Assembly (NCBI GenBank): GCA_033549025.1
Contig: JAWSUS010000002.1
Coordinates: 128,001 to 192,000, forward strand
Source of the DNA: Desulfuromonadales bacterium
GTDB taxonomy: Bacteria > Desulfobacterota > Desulfuromonadia > Desulfuromonadales > SZUA-540
DNA: 64,000 nt
Direction: 5' to 3'
Shown here: piece after piece, positions 57,856 through 64,000 of the stretch
How positions within the stretch are numbered: position 1 is the first letter of the stretch
Layout: the number at the start of each line of letters is the position of its first letter
The notes under the pieces: model-generated
What the model saw: only the letters and a program-made list of their open reading frames with translations
Databases searched by the model: none
Told to the model about the DNA's origin: nothing
Made by a program: the position numbers and the translations under genes

Positions 57856-60800
57856 CTAGTCGGTGCACAGCAGCCGGGAGAAGACCTCGCGGATGTTTTC
57901 CGTGGTGCAATGATACTCTTCGAGGAAGACCTCATCGGGACGGCGGGGGCGCTCGGGATAACCCAGACGCCGGGCCAGCTTGAGCAGATATACGCGGTCG
58001 CTGGACAGCTCGCTGATCGACTGATCGTGCACCAGGCGTAATTTGTTTTCCAGGCGACGCAAGAACTTGTAACCGCTATCCAGCGCATCGAAGTCGTCAT
58101 CGGACAGCTTCTTGTGTCCATGAAGCACCTCGAGGGCCTTCAGGGTATTGGTTACCCTCAGCGCCTGGATGCGACCGCCATGCCGCAACTGCAGATACTG
58201 GGCGATGAACTCCACATCTACCAGCCCGCCCCGGCCGGTCTTGATGTTGAACCGACTGGCGCCTTCGCGGGCGATTTCACTCTCCATACGATTGCGCAGC
58301 CGGCAGATCTCCTCCCGCAATTCCCCGGGCAAGGGTCTTTCATAGACGATATGCTCGGTGACCTTGGTGATGCGGCGGGCCAGCGTCTCGGGGCCGACCA
58401 CCACCCGGGCCTTGGTCAGGGCCTGGCGCTCCCAGATCTGGGCTGAAGACTGATGGTAGCGCTCATAGGCTGACAGGCTCGTCACCAGCGGGCCCTGATT
58501 TCCCGAGGGCCGCAGCCGGGTATCGATCTGATAGACATAGCCCTCACGGGTCATGAGGGTCAGTACGGAAATGATGCGCTGGGCCAGACGGGCGAAATAT
58601 TCCTGGTTGCTCTGCGGGCGAAAACGGTCGGGTTCCGTCCCCTCCACCGGCCGCGTCTGCCCTTCGCCCTCATAAATGAAGATGATGTCGAGATCCGAGT
58701 GGTAGTTCAGCTCCATCCCCCCCAGCTTACCCATACCGACAACGGCAAAAGCCGCTTCATGCACTTCTCCCTGTTCGTCGGCGCAAAACGGCAGCCCGAA
58801 GCGGGGGATGAGTTCGGCCCGGCTGATGCGATAGGCCTTTTTCAGGCAGATGTCCGCCAGCTGGGACAACTGCAGCGTGCCTTCCCCCTGGGGCGTCTTG
58901 CCGTAGATGTCGTTCAGAGCGATGCGCAGCATTTCCTCGTTGCGGAAGCGTCGCAACACATCGAGCTTGTCCTCGTAGTGCGGCGCCGTCTGCATCAGCG
59001 AGGTCAGGTCTTTCTCCATGTCCTCGGGCGGCTTGAAAGAGACGGCATAGGAGCGGGAGACGAGGGAATCGAGGATTTCCGGGTGCTGGATAAAAATACG
59101 GGAGAGGAACTGGCTGGTACCGAAAAGAGAGATGAGGACGCGGATGATCTCCCGATTCTCGGCCAGTAGCGCGAAAAAGGTGCCGCGGGCCCGCAGCGCC
59201 CCGAGGAAGCGCTCGAGATTGAGCAGAGCCATATCGGGCTCGGGGGAGTCGAGTCCCTCCTGCATGAGCAGGGGCGCGATGCGTTCCAGCTGCCGGCGGG
59301 CCTTCTGGGTCAGATGGGCGTGGGGCGGGCCATCCCGTAAAACCAGGAGGACCTCGTAAGCGGCATCGGGGTTTGTGCAGCCTTTCGATTCCAGAATATC
59401 CTTGACGTAATCAACGTCGGCGGCCGGGTCAAAAAGAAATCTGATTTCCGGGCGCACCTCTTCGCGAATCTCCTCTTCCGAGGTGTAGAAGAGGTCGAGA
59501 TAGATGGCTTCCACCGCCTGACGGTGCTCTTCGAGGCAGCGGGAAAAAGCCCCTGCATCCGGAAAACCGCAGCGCCTGGCCAGACTTTCGAGTTCCCGCC
59601 TGTCGACGGGCAGCGAATGCGTCTGCCGCTCCTGCACCACCTGGATGCGATGCTCCACCGTGCGCAGAAAAATATAGGCGCCGGTCAGCACCTGGTAGTC
59701 GGCCTCCTCGATCAACCCTTCCTTATGCAGCACGGTGAGGGCCCGCAGGGAGTTCTTCTCGCGCAGAGCCATATTTTTGCCGGCATAAATCAGCTGCAGA
59801 GCCTGGATGAAAAACTCGATTTCGCGGATGCCGCCGCGCCCCAGCTTCAGGTTGAGCTCCCCCTCCTGTTCGCGCGTGAGGCTCTGGTTGATCTTCTGCT
59901 TCATGGTCTTGATGTCCTCGACCATGGCGTAATCGAGATAGCGGCGATAGATGAAGGGCTCCAGATTCCGCAGCAGGCGCTCCCCCAGGGCGATGGACCC
60001 CGCCACCGGGCGGGCCTTGAGCATGGCGGCCCGCTCCCAGCTCTGCCCCCAGCTTTCGTAATAGACCTCGGCGCTGCGCAGGGAGTTGGCCATCTCGCCG
60101 CTGTTCCCTTCGGGCCGCAGGCGCAGGTCGACGCGGAAGACAAAGCCATCGGCCGTCACCTCGCCGATGGCCCGGGTGATCATCTCGGAGAGTTTGACAA
60201 AGTATTGGTGCAGATGAAGGCTGTTCTTGCGACCGCCACGCCCATCGTCGATGCCGGTGGTGCGGCCCCGTTCGGAAGAGTAGAAGTAGATGATATCGAT
60301 ATCGGAAGAGAAGTTGAGCTCGCGCCCGCCGAACTTGCCCATGCCGAGGATGGTGAATTCCGGCTCCATCGGGCAGGTCCCGTCGGGGGCGTCGAGGAGA
60401 GGCGTGCCGCATTCTTGCCGCAGCAGATGGTCACAGACTTCATAGGCGCGCTGCAGGGTCGCCGCCGCCAGGGCGGAGAGTTCGGCGGTGACCTCCTGCA
60501 GGTTGGCCAGACCGCAAAGATCCCGACTGCCAATGCGCAGAACCTCGCGGGCCTTGTACTGGCGCAGTCCCCGCTGCAGATCGTCAAATGAGGCGTCGGC
60601 GGCGAGGCGCTGCCGCAGCTCGTCGAGCATGGCCGCCTCGTCCTTGGCCCGATCAAACTCACCGCCGGCAAAAAGGTCGTGAAAATAGATGGCTTTGCGG
60701 CAGAGAATCGCCGTCAGAAAAAACGATGCCCCCACCAGGGTCAAAAAGCGCCGCCGCTGAACGGGGTCGCGCATGACCGCCAGAAAGGCATCGCGGGGCA

Positions 60801-61041
60801 GAGTATCGGCCAGGCGCTCGCTGCCGTTGAGACATTGGTCGGGATCGGCGCTGTCGAGGGCTTCGGCCACCACATCCGCCAGCAGGGCGGGATCGTCCAG
60901 CAGCTGCCCCAACAGCCGCAGATTGGTGGCGCTCTTTTTTGGCTCGGCAAAACCGAGCTCCGCCGCCAAGACCTGCAGCGCGGCAGGACCCTTTTCCCGA
61001 TCGATCTCCCCAAGGCGGCGTCTCAACCCGGCAGGATCCAT
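57856..61041 (-). CDS. glnE: Bifunctional glutamine synthetase adenylyltransferase/deadenylase
   Basis: Two nucleotidyltransferase domains: GMGKFGGRELNFSSDID/VDLRLRPEG and GMGKLGGMELNYHSDLD/IDTRLRPSG. Confidence 0.95.
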   Translation of the reverse strand: MDPAGLRRRLGEIDREKGPAALQVLAAELGFAEPKKSATNLRLLGQLLDDPALLADVVAEALDSADPDQCLNGSERLADTLPRDAFLAVMRDPVQRRRFLTLVGASFFLTAILCRKAIYFHDLFAGGEFDRAKDEAAMLDELRQRLAADASFDDLQRGLRQYKAREVLRIGSRDLCGLANLQEVTAELSALAAATLQRAYEVCDHLLRQECGTPLLDAPDGTCPMEPEFTILGMGKFGGRELNFSSDIDIIYFYSSERGRTTGIDDGRGGRKNSLHLHQYFVKLSEMITRAIGEVTADGFVFRVDLRLRPEGNSGEMANSLRSAEVYYESWGQSWERAAMLKARPVAGSIALGERLLRNLEPFIYRRYLDYAMVEDIKTMKQKINQSLTREQEGELNLKLGRGGIREIEFFIQALQLIYAGKNMALREKNSLRALTVLHKEGLIEEADYQVLTGAYIFLRTVEHRIQVVQERQTHSLPVDRRELESLARRCGFPDAGAFSRCLEEHRQAVEAIYLDLFYTSEEEIREEVRPEIRFLFDPAADVDYVKDILESKGCTNPDAAYEVLLVLRDGPPHAHLTQKARRQLERIAPLLMQEGLDSPEPDMALLNLERFLGALRARGTFFALLAENREIIRVLISLFGTSQFLSRIFIQHPEILDSLVSRSYAVSFKPPEDMEKDLTSLMQTAPHYEDKLDVLRRFRNEEMLRIALNDIYGKTPQGEGTLQLSQLADICLKKAYRISRAELIPRFGLPFCADEQGEVHEAAFAVVGMGKLGGMELNYHSDLDIIFIYEGEGQTRPVEGTEPDRFRPQSNQEYFARLAQRIISVLTLMTREGYVYQIDTRLRPSGNQGPLVTSLSAYERYHQSSAQIWERQALTKARVVVGPETLARRITKVTEHIVYERPLPGELREEICRLRNRMESEIAREGASRFNIKTGRGGLVDVEFIAQYLQLRHGGRIQALRVTNTLKALEVLHGHKKLSDDDFDALDSGYKFLRRLENKLRLVHDQSISELSSDRVYLLKLARRLGYPERPRRPDEVFLEEYHCTTENIREVFSRLLCTD

Positions 61042-62085
61042 CTAGTTCCCCTGAGCCAGCGCCCGCAAGCCCCGCAGATAATCGCCTTTGACCACGCCGC
61101 GTTCGGTGATAATCGCCGTGATCAAGCGGGCCGGGGTCACATCGAAGGCCGGATTGCGTACGTCGATACCCTCCGGGGCCAGCTGCTTGTCGCCGACGTG
61201 CGTCACCTCGCGGCGGTCCCGCTCCTCGATGGGAATCAGGCTGCCGTCGGCCAGGCTCAGGTCGAGGGTGGATATCGGCGCCGCCACATAGAAGGGCAGT
61301 CCGTGCTCGCGAGCGAGCACCGCCACCGTATAGGTGCCGATCTTGTTGGCCGTGTCGCCGTTGGCGGCAATACGATCGGCGCCGACGATGACACAGTCGA
61401 TCTCCCCGCGGCTCATGAGGTAGCCCGCCATGTTGTCACAGATGAGAGTCACCGGGATGCCGTCCTTGTGCAGTTCCCAGGCGGTCAGGCGGGAGCCTTG
61501 CAGAAAGGGACGGGTCTCGTCGGCGTAAACGCGGTTTACCTTGCCGGCGGCGGCCGCCGCCCGGATTACCCCCAGAGCCGTACCATAACCCCCGGTCGCC
61601 AGAGCACCGGCATTGCAGTGGGTGAGAATTCGCGCCCCGGCCGGAATGAGGGGTTCGCCGTGGGCGCCCATGGTCCGGTTGATCTCTTCGTCTTCGCGGC
61701 CGATCTCCTGAGCCTCCGCCAGCAACAGACGCTTGACCTCGGCCAGGCTCTGCTCCTGATGACGGGCGGCGCAGGCCTTCATGCGGTCGAGGGCCCAGAA
61801 GAGGTTGACGGCGGTCGGCCGGGTAGCGGCCAGCTCGGCGCACACCTGCTCCCATTCCCGGAAAAAGTCCTCGAACCCTACCGTCTCGATGTCCCGGGCC
61901 CCGAAGGCCGCCCCGAAGGCCGCCGCCACGCCAATAGCCGGCGCCCCGCGTACCACCATGGTCTTGATCGCCTCGGCGACCCCCTGGTAATCGGTGTATT
62001 CGAGCCAGACTTCCTCGGTGGGCAGCAGGCGCTGATCGATCATGCGCAGGCGGCCGTCCTTGAATTCAATCGGTTTGATGGACAT
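61042..62085 (-). CDS. mtnA: Methylthioribose-1-phosphate isomerase
   Basis: [48 protein letters not shown]. Confidence 0.95.
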   Translation of the reverse strand: MSIKPIEFKDGRLRMIDQRLLPTEEVWLEYTDYQGVAEAIKTMVVRGAPAIGVAAAFGAAFGARDIETVGFEDFFREWEQVCAELAATRPTAVNLFWALDRMKACAARHQEQSLAEVKRLLLAEAQEIGREDEEINRTMGAHGEPLIPAGARILTHCNAGALATGGYGTALGVIRAAAAAGKVNRVYADETRPFLQGSRLTAWELHKDGIPVTLICDNMAGYLMSRGEIDCVIVGADRIAANGDTANKIGTYTVAVLAREHGLPFYVAAPISTLDLSLADGSLIPIEERDRREVTHVGDKQLAPEGIDVRNPAFDVTPARLITAIITERGVVKGDYLRGLRALAQGN

Positions 62086-62094
62086 GAGCACTCC

Positions 62095-63543
62095 TCACCC
62101 TTTGAGTTTCTTCAGGAGCAATTCGTTGACGAGGGCCGGATTGGCCTTGCCCCGACTGGCTTTCATGACCTGGCCGACCAGGAAGCCGAGAACCTTCTCC
62201 TTGCCGCCGCGGTACTCTTCCACCTGATCGGCATTGGCGGCCAGTACCTCATCGATAATCTGCTCGATGGCTCCCGTGTCGGTCACCTGCTTCAGGCCCT
62301 TTTCCTCGATAATGGCGTCAGCCGCCTTGCCCGTGCGCCACATCTCCTCGAAGACCGTCTTGGCGATCTTGCCGGAGATGGTGTTGTCATCGAGGCGGGC
62401 CAGCAGAGCCGCCAGCCCCTCCGGCGTCACGGGACTGTCGCCAATGGCGATGCCGTCCTCGTTGAGGCGGCGCTGCACCTCGCCCATGACCCAGTTGGCG
62501 CAAAGCTTGCCGTTGCCGTGCCTGGCGACTGTCGCATCGTAATAATCGGCCATGGCCCGATCGGCGGCGAGCACTTCGGCATCGGTACGGTTCAGGTCGA
62601 AGTCGCGCACGAAACGCTGAATCTTGGCCTCGGGCAGTTCGGGCAGCTCACGGCGGACCGCCTCAATCCACTCGGGGCTGACCACCAGGGGAACGAGGTC
62701 GGGATCAGGGAAGTAGCGGTAGTCGTGGGCTTCCTCCTTGCCGCGCATGGAGCGGGTCATGCCGGTGGCGCTGTCGAAAAGACGCGTCTCCTGCACGACC
62801 TTGCCGCCCTCGTCGAGTAGGTCGGCCTGGCGCTCGACCTCGTATTCGATGGCCTGTTTGATGAAGCGGAAGGAGTTAATGTTTTTGAGCTCGGCGCGGG
62901 TGCCGAACTCCTTCTGCCCCCAGGGCCGGATGGAGACATTGGCGTCGCAGCGGAAGGAGCCCTCTTCCAGGTTGCCGTCACAGACGCCGAGGTACATGAC
63001 GATCTGGTGCAGCTTCTTCAGGTAGGCGATGGCCTCGTCGGCGCTGCGCATGTCCGGTTCGGAGACGATTTCCAGCAGCGGGGTACAGGCGCGGTTCAGG
63101 TCGACAAGAGAGCTGTTTTTGGCCTCGGGACTGTCGCCGTGCAGCAGCTTGCCGGCGTCTTCCTCCATGTGAATGCGGGTGATGCCGACCCTTTTGTTCC
63201 CCGCCTCCGTCTCGATATCGAGATGGCCGTGCTCGCAGATCGGCAGTTCAAACTGGGAGATCTGATAGCCTTTGGGCAGATCGGGATAGAAGTAGTTCTT
63301 GCGGGCGAAAATGGAGCGCGGCGCGATGGTGCAGTTCGTCGCCAGGCCGGTACGGATGGCGTATTCCACCACCTGCCGGTTGAGAACCGGCAGAGCGCCG
63401 GGCATCCCCAGACAGACGGGGCAGGTCTGACTGTTGGGGGCGCTGCCGAAGCGGGTGGAGCAGCCGCAGAATATTTTGGTCTTCGTCGTCAGCTGGACAT
63501 GCACCTCCAGCCCGATGACGACTTCATATTGGGAAGATTCCAT
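62095..63543 (-). CDS. gatB: Asp/Glu-tRNA amidotransferase subunit B
   Basis: [44 protein letters not shown]. Confidence 0.97.
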   Translation of the reverse strand: MESSQYEVVIGLEVHVQLTTKTKIFCGCSTRFGSAPNSQTCPVCLGMPGALPVLNRQVVEYAIRTGLATNCTIAPRSIFARKNYFYPDLPKGYQISQFELPICEHGHLDIETEAGNKRVGITRIHMEEDAGKLLHGDSPEAKNSSLVDLNRACTPLLEIVSEPDMRSADEAIAYLKKLHQIVMYLGVCDGNLEEGSFRCDANVSIRPWGQKEFGTRAELKNINSFRFIKQAIEYEVERQADLLDEGGKVVQETRLFDSATGMTRSMRGKEEAHDYRYFPDPDLVPLVVSPEWIEAVRRELPELPEAKIQRFVRDFDLNRTDAEVLAADRAMADYYDATVARHGNGKLCANWVMGEVQRRLNEDGIAIGDSPVTPEGLAALLARLDDNTISGKIAKTVFEEMWRTGKAADAIIEEKGLKQVTDTGAIEQIIDEVLAANADQVEEYRGGKEKVLGFLVGQVMKASRGKANPALVNELLLKKLKG

Positions 63544-63563
63544 GATTGAACCTTTCTTGCCGT

Positions 63564-64000
63564 TTAGATGTCCGCTTTGCGGGTGTGCCAGTCCGTCACC
63601 TGCTCAAAAGCATAGCCTGTACGCAGCAGGGTCTCTTCCTCGAAGGGGCGGCCGATGAGCTGCAGCCCGATGGGCAGGCCCTCCCCCGAGAAGCCGCAGG
63701 GCAGGCTCAAGGCACAGGTGCCGGCCAGGTTGACGGGGATGGTGAAGATATCGGACAGGTACATCTGCAGCGGATCGGAAACTTTTTCCCCCAGACGGAA
63801 AGCCGGGGTGGGGGCCACCGGCGTCAGCAGAACATCGACCTTTTCGAAAGCATCGAGGAAATCCTGGCGGATGAGCGTACGCACCTTCTGGGCCTTGAGG
63901 TAATAGGCGTCATAGTAGCCGGAGGAGAGGGCGTAGGTGCCCAGCATGATGCGGCGCTTAACCTCGGCCCCGAAACCGGCGGCGCGGGTCTGCTCATACA
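63564..64000 (-). CDS. gatA: Asp/Glu-tRNA amidotransferase subunit A, C-terminal part (5' end outside window)
   Basis: [44 protein letters not shown]. Confidence 0.95.
   Translation of the reverse strand, partial: YEQTRAAGFGAEVKRRIMLGTYALSSGYYDAYYLKAQKVRTLIRQDFLDAFEKVDVLLTPVAPTPAFRLGEKVSDPLQMYLSDIFTIPVNLAGTCALSLPCGFSGEGLPIGLQLIGRPFEEETLLRTGYAFEQVTDWHTRKADI

Overview
This is GC-rich chromosomal DNA whose gene content and order suggest a Desulfuromonadales deltaproteobacterium (Desulfuromonas/Geobacter-like; inference). About 52 kb is housekeeping: pcnB, miaA, radC, rlhA-like U32, lemA, an rpsA paralog, radical SAM-rng-rplU-rpmA-obgE-proB-proA-nadD-rsfS-rlmH-dksA-lapAB-gpmI-comF, beta-carbonic anhydrase, ilvE, a three-gene split glutamate synthase, a GGDEF/EAL regulator, ttcA and gatA-gatB-mtnA-glnE. 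The standout is an accessory island (~3213-11490) between a MoxR-DUF58-transglutaminase cluster and pcnB. Its left part is an integron gene-cassette array with no integrase in the window (a CALIN): three complete cassettes, three complete attC sites, one left-truncated attC and one truncated cassette. Both edges of the array are cut at ends of HUH/Y1 (RAYT-like) tyrosine transposase elements. On the left is a stack of three 3'-end remnants; on the right is an intact transposase gene framed by 18-bp inverted repeats. One remnant is a copy of the intact element's end, so the array looks like a passenger of a Y1-transposase composite element. A hipBA-like toxin-antitoxin pair, a yjhP-like methyltransferase, an APC permease and a hemerythrin follow. 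Other notable items are a probable theta-class (LCIB-like) carbonic anhydrase, a miaA paralog coupled to a glycosyltransferase-like gene, and a sigma54 promoter upstream of the glutamate synthase operon. No tRNA, rRNA or CRISPR array was seen.
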